From NCBI GenBank assembly GCA_040755995.1, contig JBFMAF010000036.1, positions 1 to 64,000 on the forward strand: 64,000 bases of DNA. The letters run 5' to 3'. Of this stretch, positions 1 to 10,956 are shown in pieces. The translations under genes and the position numbers were made by a program. The notes below the pieces were generated by a model. The model was given only the letters and a program-made list of their open reading frames with translations. It did not search any database and was not told the origin of the DNA. Source of the stretch: Acidobacteriota bacterium (GTDB lineage: Bacteria > Acidobacteriota > CAIWXX01). How positions within the stretch are numbered: position 1 is the first letter of the stretch; every line of letters starts with the position of its first letter.

Positions 1-34
1 AACAAGGGAATCTTTCTGGAAAAGGAGACGCGAA

Positions 35-622
35 ATGGTGATCAGATCGGCACAGAGAGCTTGGGGGATATGCTTCGTGGCGGTAATCGCACTGGCATGC
101 GCCACAATGTCAAGCGCCGCAGACATCCGGCCGTTCCTCAAACTGGGAATCGATACGAACGGCGACATATACAGTGATCTGGATCTCGGATTCGGGAGCC
201 GCCTGACGTACGGTGGCGGCGTGGACTTTGTCATCAACAAACTGATCTCGGTTGGACCGGAGTTCAGGGCGAAGGGGTACACAGCTGACTACTCGCTGGC
301 CGGTGCCGAGTATGAATTCAAGGAGCGAGAGTACGAGTTCCTTGGCAACTTCTCCGTCGCGCCTCAACTGGACGCCTCTATCGCGCCGTACTTCGGAGCG
401 GGAATGGGACTGGTGCATCTCACAGCCGAGTACGACGAGACGATCATCACAGATCCGCCCTATCCCGTCTTCCGGGAATCAGATTCCGCCGACAAGGGCG
501 TCTTCCGGGCATTCGGGGGAGTGAGGTTCACAGAGAATGTGTTCGTCGAATTCGAGGTCAGGCACATCTTCATGGATGATGCAGGGACTGATGCGATCGC
601 AAGTTTCGGCGTGAGATTCTGA
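35..622 (+). CDS. Outer-membrane beta-barrel protein (OmpA/Opa-like small barrel)
   Basis: Signal peptide, amphipathic strands, PYFGAGMG motif, C-terminal GVRF; RBS AAGGAG upstream. Confidence 0.8.
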   Translation: MVIRSAQRAWGICFVAVIALACATMSSAADIRPFLKLGIDTNGDIYSDLDLGFGSRLTYGGGVDFVINKLISVGPEFRAKGYTADYSLAGAEYEFKEREYEFLGNFSVAPQLDASIAPYFGAGMGLVHLTAEYDETIITDPPYPVFRESDSADKGVFRAFGGVRFTENVFVEFEVRHIFMDDAGTDAIASFGVRF

Positions 623-734
623 TTCTTCGGGCTGGCTACAACATCTTCACGGCCGTTGCGGCGTCAGCCTTTGTGCCAGGGCGCCGCAACGGTCGCCTGC
701 CCAGGCGAGGAGTGTTTCCGCACCGCAATCCGGA

Positions 735-865
735 CACGTCAGCCTCGTCCCGCCCAACGTGATCCTGTGCTCCACGCCGCCCGGCACAGGAACCGTCGAT
801 GTGGAAGTGACGAGCAGCGTCACCTCCGCCACCGTCGGGACGTTCACGTACCAGCAGCCTCGACT
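735..865 (+). pseudogene. IPT/TIG-like domain fragment
   Basis: ILCSTPPGTGTVDVEVTS...GTFTY resembles the IPT/TIG C-terminal pattern; no credible start. Confidence 0.45.
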
Positions 866-1109
866 GTCCGTTGAGCATCGTGCGGCAGATCAGAAACAGG
901 CTCGGCATTGCGCACTGGAGTGGCTCTCCACCAGGGCGCGCGCCGCTGCGAAGAGCCGGAGAAGAAGACAGGAGCGCGAAAGGCGGCACTGAGACCGAAC
1001 GCCAGCCGGATCGCTCTCTACCTTGCCCGACAGACCGCTGCGACCACCGGCGATGGCTCGGAAGAACACGTCAATGGCAAGCGCGTCACCGTACATTCAT
1101 GAGCTCACG

Positions 1110-2311
1110 CTACTCATATCGCAGTGCCTCGATCGGATCGAGCAACGCCGCGCGGCGCGCGGGGAAGTAACCGAACACCACCCCGATCAGGGCCGCGAAG
1201 AGGAACGATAGCACGTTGATCTCCGGGTTGAAGAGGAACGGCACCTGGATCACTTGCGCTGCGGCGATCGAGACGGAGTTGGCCACTACTATGCCGATCA
1301 ACCCACCGAACGAGGCGAGGGCGACAGCCTCGATCAGGAACTGAAGCAGGACCTCGTGCTCCAGCGCGCCGATAGCCAGGCGGATGCCGATCTCCCGCGT
1401 ACGCTCGGTCACCGAGACCAGCATGATGTTCATGATCCCGATGCCGCCCACCAGCAGGCTGATCGCCGCCACGGCGCCCAGTAGCATGGTCATGACGCGG
1501 ATCGTGCCTGACAGCGTCTCGGCGATCTGCTTCGTGTCGATGACGGTGAAGTTGTCGTCCTCGTTTTCGGAGATGTTGCGCCGCTCGCGCATCAGGGCGC
1601 TAACGGCCTCAGCCGCCTGCGAAAGTGAGGCGCCATCCTTCACTGACACCTGCAGGCCGGTGACGTCGTCGTTTCCCCTTATGCGGCGTTGCACGGTGCG
1701 GAGGGGCATGACAATCGTGTCGTCCGCGTCCATGCCGAAGCTACCCTTGGCCTGGAGCAGGCCGACGACTTCGCAGGCGAAGCGCTTGATGCGGATCTCG
1801 GCGCCGATCGGGTTCTGCGATCCGAACAGCTCCTTGCGGACGGTCTCGCCGATGACACACACCGCCTTGCCAGCGCGCTCCTCGGCCTCACTGAAGAACC
1901 TCCCCTCGGCGAGGCGCCAGTTGCCGGTGGTGAAGTAGGCCGCCGTGCTGCCCGTCACGGTAGTCGACCAGTTCTCGGCCTCGTAAACGACGGTGACGCT
2001 GGCATTGGTCGCCGGCGCCACGGCTGCGACCGAGGCGATCTGACTGGCGATGGCCTCGGCGTCGTCAACGTCGAAGTTAGGCGCCCCGGCGGAGTCCCGG
2101 CCAGGTCCGAGGCGCTGCCCGGGTCGCACCATCAGGAGGTTGCTGCCGAGGCTTGTGATCTGGTCCTTGACCGACTGCGTGGCGCCGTCGCCCAGTGTCA
2201 CCATGATGATCACGGCGCTCACGCCGATCACTACGCCCAGGATCGTGAGGCACGAACGCAGCACGTTGCGTCGGATGGCCCGCACGGCGAGCAGCAGGCT
2301 GTTCCACAGCA

Positions 2312-2312
<1 letters not shown>
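1110..2312 (-). CDS. MacB-family ABC transporter permease
   Basis: LTILGVVIGVSAV, GGIGIMNIMLVSVTERTREIGIR, DPIEALRYE. Confidence 0.95.
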
Positions 2313-3036
<724 letters not shown>

Positions 3037-3040
<4 letters not shown>

Positions 3041-4374
3041 GACAGTTCTCCGACGCTCTCGGTGATCGTCATCATGCCGGGCCGCAGCTCCCCACCCGTG
3101 ATCTCCGTGAGGCGGCCGTCGGTGCAGCCTACCGTTACCGGCACGGCCACGGGCTGCCCGTCGCGGAGCACCCAGACCTTCTGCGCGCCGCTCTTGTCGT
3201 TGGCTGGCTTCGAGACCGCGCCGGGTGGCCGTGGGAGCAGGTTGGAGACGAGGCTGCCGCTCCGTTTCGACCGGCCGGCAGCCTCCTCCGGGGGCGTGAA
3301 ACGGAGCGATGCGTTGGGGACAAGCAGGACGCCGCTGCGCCTCACGGTTGTGATCTCGGCCGTCGCGGTCATTCCGGGGCGCAGGCTGAGGTCGTCGTTG
3401 TTGACCGTCAGGACTGCCTTGTAGGAGACGACGCCGTCCTTGGTCTGCGAGCCGTACCCGACGCGCGTGATGCTGGCGGGGTAGGTGCGGTTCGGATAGG
3501 CGTCCACGGTGAAAGTCGCCGACTGCCCCTCGCGCACCTGTCCCACGTCGGCCTCATCGACGTCGACCTGCAACTCCATTTGTGAGAGATCCTCCGCCAG
3601 CGTGAAGAGCACGGGCGCCTGGAACGAGGCGGCCACCGTCTGGCCCGGCTCGATCTGGCGTGCCAAGACAATGCCGTCGACAGGCGAACGGATCGAGGCC
3701 TTGGCCATGTTGGTCTCGGCCGAGCTGAGCGAAGCTCGGGCTTGCTCCACGGCTGCCCGGGCGCTGGCTTCCTCGGCGGCAGCACGCGCAGCAGTCGTCT
3801 CGGCCGTCTCCAGATCGGACTTGGACGGCACCATGCCACCAGTCAGTTCGGCCAACCGGCGCAGCCTGGTGAGGTTGGCTTGGGCTTCCTGGAGGCTGGC
3901 CACGGCCTGCAGCACGTGCGCTTCAGCCGATGAAAGGGCGGCCCGCATGTTGACGACGGCGTCCCGAAGTTTCGATATGTCCAGACGCGCCAGGACCTGG
4001 CCGGTCTTCACGCGGTCGTTGTCGTCGACGAGGACCGACTCGATCAAGCCCGAGACTTCACTGCCGACATCGACCTGGTTGGTGGGCTGGAGGTTGCCGG
4101 TGGCAGATACCGTCACGGTCAGGTCGCCGCGTGTCACCTCCTCAGTGTGGAACTGGGGCTCGCCGTTGCGCCTCCCGAGCCGTGCCCCGAGAATCGTGGC
4201 GACGACGGCGACAATCAGGGCCCCCAAAACGAGACGACGTCGGGTGCGCTTCCGACGGCTGCCCTCAGTGCCTTCGGCCACAATCGTGGCCAGAAGCTCA
4301 TCTTGCGGAACGGGTGTGGTCCTTATCTTCCCTACCCCTGCGTCTGCGTGTTCGTCTTCGTTTGCCTGCTGCAT
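3037..4374 (-). CDS. MacA-like efflux periplasmic adaptor
   Basis: N-terminal TM, lipoyl motifs ([18 protein letters not shown]), coiled-coil hairpin, [11 protein letters not shown]. Confidence 0.93.
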
Positions 4375-4434
4375 TCACTATCCCTCCACCTACAAGAGAT
4401 ACGCTGCAAGCCTGTAAGAGTCGGTCTGGCGATC

Positions 4435-4470
4435 GCAAAGTTCCGCAAAGTGATGCAAAGACGGGTAAAG
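4435..4470. promoter_or_regulatory. Four G(C/T)AAAG direct repeats at 10-bp period (CpxR/OmpR-type boxes)
   Basis: GCAAAG at 4435, 4445, 4455 and GTAAAG at 4465, in the divergent intergenic region. Confidence 0.7.
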
Positions 4471-4537
4471 AGAGTAGCGCGAGACCGGTGGGTGGCAGTA
4501 TCATCGCTATGGGAGGTCGCGAACGGAAGGATGCATC

Positions 4538-5224
4538 ATGGTGCGAGCCTTGCTGATCGATGATGATGTCGAGCTGAGCGCAATGCTGCGTGAGTACCTC
4601 CGACAGGAGGGCTTCGAGGCGACGGCGGTGTACGATGGCGAGACGGGGGTCTTGGAGGCACTCTCGGGTCGATACGCCATCGTGGTGCTGGACGTCATGC
4701 TGCCTGGCCTGAACGGGGTGGAGGTGCTGCGCCGGATTCGATCGCGCAGCCGAGTGCCGGTGCTGATGCTGACGGCCAGGGGGGACGATGTCGACCGCAT
4801 CGTCGGGCTCGAACTGGGCGCCGATGACTATGTCCCCAAGCCGTGCACACCCAGAGAACTGGTGGCCCGCCTGCGGGCCATTCTACGGCGTTCCGAGGGC
4901 GGCGATGCACTCGGCCACTGCGGACCGCTCTCGGCGGGCCCGCTCGTGTTGTGGCCGGAGAAGCGGCATGCGGAGTGGGACGGGCACACGATCGAGCTGA
5001 CGAGCACGGAGTTCAACCTGCTGGAGGTACTCGTGCAGAGCGCGGGGAGGGTGGTGACCAAGGCCGAGCTGTCCGAGCAGGGGTTGGGTCGCCCGCTCGC
5101 GCGCTTCGACCGGAGCATCGATGCCCACATCAGCAGCCTGCGCCAGAAGGTCGGCAAGCTCGCCGACGGCCGCTCCTACATCCAGACCGTGCGCGGCCTG
5201 GGCTATCAGTTCATCAAGGAATGA
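4538..5224 (+). CDS. OmpR/CpxR-family response regulator
   Basis: LIDDD, LDVMLP, GADDYVPKP, winged-helix TVRGLGY. Confidence 0.95.
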   Translation: MVRALLIDDDVELSAMLREYLRQEGFEATAVYDGETGVLEALSGRYAIVVLDVMLPGLNGVEVLRRIRSRSRVPVLMLTARGDDVDRIVGLELGADDYVPKPCTPRELVARLRAILRRSEGGDALGHCGPLSAGPLVLWPEKRHAEWDGHTIELTSTEFNLLEVLVQSAGRVVTKAELSEQGLGRPLARFDRSIDAHISSLRQKVGKLADGRSYIQTVRGLGYQFIKE

Positions 5225-6597
5225 ACCAGATGGGCCGGCTGTTCTGGAAGTTCCTGTTCTCCTATTGGGCCGCGCTGTTGCTGGCTGTGCTGGGCGTAGA
5301 GGCGGCCGTCTGGCTATATCAACTGGCCGCGCAAGGCCGGGGTTTCTCGATCGAGGCGGGACCACGCGCTGCCATCATCGTCGGCTCCGCAGCCGCGACT
5401 CTGCGTCATGGCGGCCTCCCCGCACTGCGCGCCCTGATGGAGGATTGGGGCTGCCACGGCAATGTCCTGCTATTCGCGGTCGACGGCCATGGCCGGGACC
5501 TGCTCGGTCGGCCGGTGGACGCAGATGCTCTGGCGCGGGCCCGCATGCTGGTCGAGGCGGGGGAGGAGCCGGAGGTGGCGCGACGTGTGCGTCTGCAGGA
5601 CGGCGAGACGTACCTCTTGTACATCCCGACCGGGGCCGAACCGTGGCAGGAACGTCTACTGTTCCGCGGCAGACCGCCCTCTCCAATTGTGCCCCTGGCC
5701 GCTGCGACGCTCGCCAGCCTGATCTTCGGCGTGTTGCTCGCCTGGTACGTTGCCAGGCCCATCCGCTATTTGCGATCGGCCTTCGCCTCGCTTTCCCAGG
5801 GGCGCCTCGAGACGCGTGTCGCGCCGCTGATGGGCCGACGGCGGGACGAGGTGGCCGACTTGGGACGGGACTTCGACAGAATGGCGCAAAAGCTCCAGAA
5901 CCTCATCGCCGCGCAGCGCTCGCTGCTGCATGAGGTGTCACACGAGCTGCGCTCGCCACTGGCTCGACTTCAGGCGGCCATCGGCCTGGTGCGCCAGAAC
6001 CCGCAGAAGCTCCACAGCTCCCTGGAGCGCATCGAGCAGGAGGCTGAGCGGCTGGACGAGTTGATCGGCGAGCTGCTCACGCTCTCTCGTCTGGATTCGA
6101 GTGTCGACGAGGCCTCGTGCAGGGGCGTCGAGCCCACCGACCTCGTGGACCTGGTCGCCTCAATCGCTGCGGACAGCCACTTCGAGGCGCAGACCGCCGG
6201 TCGCGCCGTGGTCTTCTCTAGTCAAGGCGAGGCAGTGGCGGACGTATGTGCCGGACTGCTGCATCGGGCCGTCGAGAACGTCGTGCGCAACGCCGTCAAG
6301 TACACGCGACCTGGTACGACCGTAGAGGTCAACGCTACCCGCAGTGCGTCCAGCGAGGTGTTCACGGTGAGCGTCGCTGATCGTGGCCCAGGCGTCGAAG
6401 AGGGCGAGCTCAGAGCCATCTTCGAGCCCTTCTATCGCGGCGCCACCGGGCAGCCCGGGCCGGGATTCGGCCTGGGCCTGGCGATCGCTCGCCGCGCCGT
6501 CGAGGTGCACGGCGGACGCGTCCACGCCAGGAACCGCGATGGGGGTGGGCTAGTAATCGAGATGTGCCTGCCGCTCGGGCGGAGAGGGAGTTCCTAG
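5221..6597 (+). CDS. CpxA-like HAMP sensor histidine kinase
   Basis: Start ATG 5221 overlaps the RR stop (ATGA); 2 TM, HAMP, SHELRSPL, NAVKY, DRGPG, GLGL. Confidence 0.93.
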   Translation: MNQMGRLFWKFLFSYWAALLLAVLGVEAAVWLYQLAAQGRGFSIEAGPRAAIIVGSAAATLRHGGLPALRALMEDWGCHGNVLLFAVDGHGRDLLGRPVDADALARARMLVEAGEEPEVARRVRLQDGETYLLYIPTGAEPWQERLLFRGRPPSPIVPLAAATLASLIFGVLLAWYVARPIRYLRSAFASLSQGRLETRVAPLMGRRRDEVADLGRDFDRMAQKLQNLIAAQRSLLHEVSHELRSPLARLQAAIGLVRQNPQKLHSSLERIEQEAERLDELIGELLTLSRLDSSVDEASCRGVEPTDLVDLVASIAADSHFEAQTAGRAVVFSSQGEAVADVCAGLLHRAVENVVRNAVKYTRPGTTVEVNATRSASSEVFTVSVADRGPGVEEGELRAIFEPFYRGATGQPGPGFGLGLAIARRAVEVHGGRVHARNRDGGGLVIEMCLPLGRRGSS

Positions 6598-6612
6598 TAG
6601 GGCGCCGGTCCC

Positions 6613-6692
6613 GACGCGGACGAAACCGTTCACCGTATCACCGTGTCGCCGCGTCTCCGCGCCGCATCCCACGCATCCACGCATCCCGCGTC
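6613..6692. repeat. Octamer repeat patch (CWCCGYGT-like)
   Basis: caccgtat caccgtgt cgccgcgt ctccgcgc at 6631-6662 with complementary gacgcgga upstream. Confidence 0.6.
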
Positions 6693-6730
6693 GCTTGACA
6701 GACTGAGCCACGACATGGAGACTGGGCAGG

Positions 6731-7117
6731 ATGAAGGCATCCCGCATATCCGTCGTCGTGCCGGTTTACAACGAGGCCGGGAACGTCGGGACGTTCGTCG
6801 AGCGGACCGTCGCAGCTCTGGAGAAGATCACTGCGGACTTCGAGATCATCTTCGTGCTGGATGCGGTCGCGAGGAGCATCGAAACATCCAATGGCGTGCC
6901 CGTGCTGGCGGATGCGATCGAAGTCGCGAAGGACGACCTGGTCGGGCGTCTTGTGCAGCGCGTTTTTCAGCGCTTCGGCCGCATCGACGTGCTGGTCAAC
7001 AACGCAGGCGCTCTCGGTTCGGTCGGCTCAATCGAGAGCGCGGACCCTGGCCGGATCACCAGCGTCTTCGACGTCAACGTCATCGGCATCCCGGGCGCAG
7101 TTGGTTGCCGATCGTGA
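6731..7117 (+). pseudogene. Chimera of GT2 glycosyltransferase N-terminus and SDR oxidoreductase internal fragment
   Basis: ISVVVPVYNE...FEIIFVLD then FGRIDVLVNNAG...FDVNVIG; neither domain complete. Confidence 0.75.
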
Positions 7118-7121
7118 TCGT

Positions 7122-8219
7122 TCAGCGGCCGGGAGCGACGCAAGTCCAGGTCTGCGGGTTGCCCGGTTCCCGCTGGACGGCTATGGCTCCCGGCTCGTCA
7201 TACTGCTTGCGGCACGCATCGTCCAGGTCGATGGCCAGCTCGGAGTCGTCGGAGTACACGCACACCCACTTGTCACCATCGAGGCGCACAGCCATTGCAC
7301 CCTCGCCTTTGCAGTATGCGTCCAGGTCGAGGCCGCCCAGAACCCTACCGCCGCCCAGCCCGGGCCATTTCCCCTTGCACTTCTGGAGGTCTTCATCCCT
7401 CGCCCGCGTTTCCGACTCCGCCCAAGAGGGGTCCACACCCAAGCACCAGTTGAAGTGGCTGTCGTAGTCGCCATGCCACCGGGCGCCCGACAATCCGCAG
7501 GCCCTCAATTGGTTCTCCTGGTCCTGCTCGACGGCCCGCCTGGCGTACTGTTCGCACCTTGCCCTGTTGTCGTCACCGCCGGCCGATCCCGTCACGGGGC
7601 GATACACATAGTCGACGTCGATGCAGCTGGTCGTCCACCAGGGCGTTCCAAGGCTCTCAATGTGAATGCGCCACCCCCAGGATGCCTCGGCGTTGTGAAC
7701 CAGGTAGAGAAAAGCCTCTATAGGTCCTCGATACTCCCCCTGTGACTTGAAGTAGTATCGGTCCGACTGCGGCTTTCGGTAGAGAAGGTCGCCCTGGGCC
7801 GAGGAGTACCAGAAGGGATTCGCATTGATGCACCCGTTCTCGTCTCCCTCGATCGAGATGGTGACACTGAACACACGGTCATCTCGCTTTCCCGAGATAC
7901 GACTGATATCCCGGTCGAACTTCCAGTTGAACTGGAACCGCTGGGTCTGCCCCGTGCATTGTTCCTTGCCCAACACCGTCAGCAGTATGTGTCCGCCGAG
8001 CGCATCGGCTTGCAGATCTTCGATGCGGTAGTGTCCCATCGAGGCCCCGTCGCGACCCATGGGATCTAGAGTATTCACCCTGAGCGGGAGGACCAGTTTC
8101 CATGCGGAGTAATCTTCGGAGACCGCTACACTGGGAACACCCATCAGCCCCAGCACCGCGACGGCAGAGATCAGCGAAACATTGAAACGACCACAGATCC
8201 GGTGTACCAGTCCGCTCAT
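7122..8219 (-). CDS. Secreted Cys-rich multidomain hypothetical protein
   Basis: RBS GGAGG before ATG 8219, signal peptide, paired-Cys modules (CEQYA...CG...W...HFNWC; LDAYC...WVC...LDDAC...WTC). Confidence 0.75.
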   Translation of the reverse strand: MSGLVHRICGRFNVSLISAVAVLGLMGVPSVAVSEDYSAWKLVLPLRVNTLDPMGRDGASMGHYRIEDLQADALGGHILLTVLGKEQCTGQTQRFQFNWKFDRDISRISGKRDDRVFSVTISIEGDENGCINANPFWYSSAQGDLLYRKPQSDRYYFKSQGEYRGPIEAFLYLVHNAEASWGWRIHIESLGTPWWTTSCIDVDYVYRPVTGSAGGDDNRARCEQYARRAVEQDQENQLRACGLSGARWHGDYDSHFNWCLGVDPSWAESETRARDEDLQKCKGKWPGLGGGRVLGGLDLDAYCKGEGAMAVRLDGDKWVCVYSDDSELAIDLDDACRKQYDEPGAIAVQREPGNPQTWTCVAPGR

Positions 8220-8361
8220 TTGAACCTCCGCACTATGCGTATCCACAAGACGGCCTCGCCCTCCTGGCCCGAGCAGCAAGACGAGCTCCCACCATACGGG
8301 CGGCCGCCGCTTTGTAGCAACGGGCTGCCTCGCGCCTAGTCCGCTGGTTGTGCACGACGCC

Positions 8362-8390
8362 AATGTAGTCATCGCCCGTGCGAATGTCAA
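8362..8390 (-). promoter_or_regulatory. Sigma70-type promoter
   Basis: TTGACA-17 bp-TACATT on the minus strand. Confidence 0.7.
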
Positions 8391-8399
8391 GATTGGTCA

Positions 8400-8839
8400 G
8401 CAGAGTCCAGCACGCCGCAGAGGTAGTAGAAGGTGCCGCAGATGTTGAGGTAGGAGACGTCCACATGCCAGTGCTCGTGAGGAGCGTCCGGTTGGACGAA
8501 GCCCCGGCCTTTGCGGCTGGTCCCGGGATGCCACCGCCGAAGTACCCCTGCCGACCTAAGCACACGGTAAACAGGGCTCGGGCTGACAGCCACGACATCC
8601 TGGTCGAGCATCATGAAGGTCAGACGCCTGTACCCTTCCTCTGCGTGCAAGAAGAAGTAGTTCAGGATCGCCTCCTTCTCCCAATCCTCAAGCCAAGAGT
8701 CGCGGGGAATCCAACCGTTATGCTCGTTGGCTCTGCCATAACGTTGCTTCCAGGCGTAGAACTTGCCGAAGCCAATGCCCACCCGTTCGACGAGCTTTGA
8801 TTTCATTCCGGTCCTGAGAGTGCGCAGCAGGAGTTCCAC
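8400..8839 (-). mobile_element. IS3-family transposase fragment
   Basis: GYRRLT, VYRVLR, PHEHWHVDVSY...YYLCGVLD (rve core), cut after the second Asp; no terminal repeats seen. Confidence 0.8.
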
Positions 8840-8853
8840 GTGGTATCCGGATC

Positions 8854-9171
8854 TCAGTCATTGGTATTCTGGCGGAGCCGCATCGTAAGGAAATAGGCCG
8901 TGGGGGTGGCCACCAACGAGAGCAGCACAGAGATACAGAGCGCACCGATTACCGCGATGGCCAGCGGCTTTAGCATGTCCGCCCCGGAGCCGATGCCGTA
9001 GGCGAGGGGGAGCATGCCCAGGGCCGCGGCCATGGAGGTCATCAACACGGGCCGCAGCCTGCGCCGCCCCGATCTCACTAGGGCTTCGGTGAGCCCAAGC
9101 CCTTCGGCTCGCACTTGCTTCACGAAATCCAACATCAAGATCCCGTTCTTGGCCACGATGCCGTCTACCAC
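8854..9171 (-). pseudogene. RND efflux permease C-terminal fragment
   Basis: GIVAKNGILMLDF, RLRPVLMTS, PLAIAVIG; only last ~100 aa. Confidence 0.85.
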
Positions 9172-9371
9172 CTAGCAAGACTCCTGGATCCGACCTTCCT
9201 CCGGTTCCAACCCGACCGATGACTTTCACCCCTGTCACTAAGCACGCAACACCAGCACATCTCACGCAGCGCGATCTCGGTTGGCGGATTCACTCCCGGA
9301 ACGGCGCTTGAACTCCCGCCTGTGAGGCTCCGAGCCGTCTGCCGACCTGGATCTTGTCTGTTGCTACTCTC

Positions 9372-9729
9372 CCCCGGACCGTAGACCAGGATCCTGAACG
9401 AGCCTGGTACGATGTTGGGGCGCTGGTAGGGCTGAGTGGCCGTCGGTGCGGGAGCGGCTTCGAAGTCGGCCGCAGCCAGATAGATCCGGCGGGTCTGAGA
9501 ATCGAGTGCCATCGTCCGCGCCGATTTCGCCGTCTCGATCGTCTGCACGACGACGAGCTTATCCGGCGTTTCCTCTCGAGCGATGGTGACGTTGCCCTCG
9601 CCGTTTGAGCTGAATGCCAGGCCGGTCGCTGTGTCGTAGGCATTTCCATCGACCCTCTCACCGATGGGCACGCTCGTGATGACTTTCCCCGTGGCGCTGT
9701 CCATCATGATCATGAGCTTGTTGCTGCAG
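9372..9729 (-). pseudogene. YncE/YVTN beta-propeller C-terminal fragment
   Basis: CSNKLMIMMDSATGKVITSVPIG...FSSNGEG...ARTMALD...VPGSFRILVYG. Confidence 0.7.
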
Positions 9730-9756
9730 TTTCTGCGAGCGGCTATTGATCGACTG

Positions 9757-9954
9757 CTACTTTTTCTGAACCGCTTGGCGGGCGAGATCGTGGAGCATCG
9801 CGCCGGGGCGGGGCGCTGCAGTGAGCGTGGGTCGCTCGGCCAGCTCGATCTCCATGAAGAGCTCCCGGAGATCACGGTAGGCCAGAAAGAGGCTCATGCG
9901 GTCTCCCAGATCTGCGTCACGGTAGGCTTGCACAATGCGGTCGACGAAATCCAT
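9757..9954 (-). CDS. Small hypothetical protein, likely co-transcribed with the hydrolase
   Basis: RBS AGGAGGT, starts 11 bp after hydrolase stop. Confidence 0.6.
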   Translation of the reverse strand: MDFVDRIVQAYRDADLGDRMSLFLAYRDLRELFMEIELAERPTLTAAPRPGAMLHDLARQAVQKK

Positions 9955-9965
9955 AGCGATACCTC

Positions 9966-10913
9966 CTATGTGTGGACGGTCTGTCGAACCTCAGCGAGGC
10001 CCGAGCCCGCCCCTGGGGCGCGGGGCCGTGCGCTGCGCTCTATGAAGGCGACGGATGTCGCGACGACGCCGGGGTCACCCAGGATGCTCCTGTGGCCGAG
10101 CCCGCGGGTTGTATGCAGAGAGAGATGAGCGTGTTCACTGCAAAGCGTTCGAGAGTCCTCGTATGCCACCGTGGGGTCGTCGCGGTCATGGATCACCAGG
10201 GCCGGTGCACACAAGTCCTTGAGTCGAAGGTGAGGATCGTCCTCCCGGAAGCTATAGCCGAAACGCTCTTCGTATGTCGTGATGATGGGTTGGTAGATCG
10301 CCTCTGGAAGGCCATACTGGGCAAACGTGTGATCCAGGAGCGCGCGCAATCGGAGCGACGGAGCCAACAGAACCGCCGGGATGGGCAGTTGCAGGTGGGC
10401 CAGGCTGTTGACCACTGCGGCGGCGCCAAAGGAGTGCGCCACGACTCCGCAAAACGGCCGGCCGGGGTGGCCCGTGAGCAGTGCGCTGACCGCGTCCGTG
10501 AACTCGAAGTAGCTGGCGCTCTTGCCGCGAGATGCGCCGTGGGCCGGCCCGTCCACAGCGACGACGGTGCAACGGGCATCCAAGAGCGGGGCGATGAATG
10601 AGTGCAGTTGAATGCCGCGGCCGTTCCAGCCGTGCAAGAGCATCACAGCCGGACCTCGGCCCCACTGCCACGCGTGGATCTGCGCCTCATGGACCTCTAG
10701 CTGGAAGGTCTGAGCTCGATCCAGCCACTGTCGCTCCGTTGCGTTGGCGTTGTACGCGCGGGGAATGAAGAAACGCTCTTCCACCCGTCGACGGGTCCAG
10801 GCCGGCGCTATGCGCCACATGGCCCTGAACAGAAAGCGGGCAGCCCACTGACGTCCCGTGTGGATACGAACGTTCGTGCTATAATTTGGCGCCTTTGACA
10901 ACGTTGCAATCAT
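9966..10913 (-). CDS. Alpha/beta fold hydrolase
   Basis: LLHGW, DGPAHG, AHSFG nucleophile, HDRDD, GLGH. Confidence 0.92.
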   Translation of the reverse strand: MIATLSKAPNYSTNVRIHTGRQWAARFLFRAMWRIAPAWTRRRVEERFFIPRAYNANATERQWLDRAQTFQLEVHEAQIHAWQWGRGPAVMLLHGWNGRGIQLHSFIAPLLDARCTVVAVDGPAHGASRGKSASYFEFTDAVSALLTGHPGRPFCGVVAHSFGAAAVVNSLAHLQLPIPAVLLAPSLRLRALLDHTFAQYGLPEAIYQPIITTYEERFGYSFREDDPHLRLKDLCAPALVIHDRDDPTVAYEDSRTLCSEHAHLSLHTTRGLGHRSILGDPGVVATSVAFIERSARPRAPGAGSGLAEVRQTVHT

Positions 10914-10956
10914 GGGTCATTCCCTCCTGAAATACGCTGCCGGCGCGCCCAGGCCG

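Noticed and set aside
4843..5220. N-terminal 126-aa extension of the sensor kinase in the ORF track
   Set aside because: Overlaps the response regulator; ATG 5221 with ATGA coupling is the better start
8400..8839. Active IS3 element
   Set aside because: No orfA, catalytic Glu region missing, no terminal inverted repeats or target duplication
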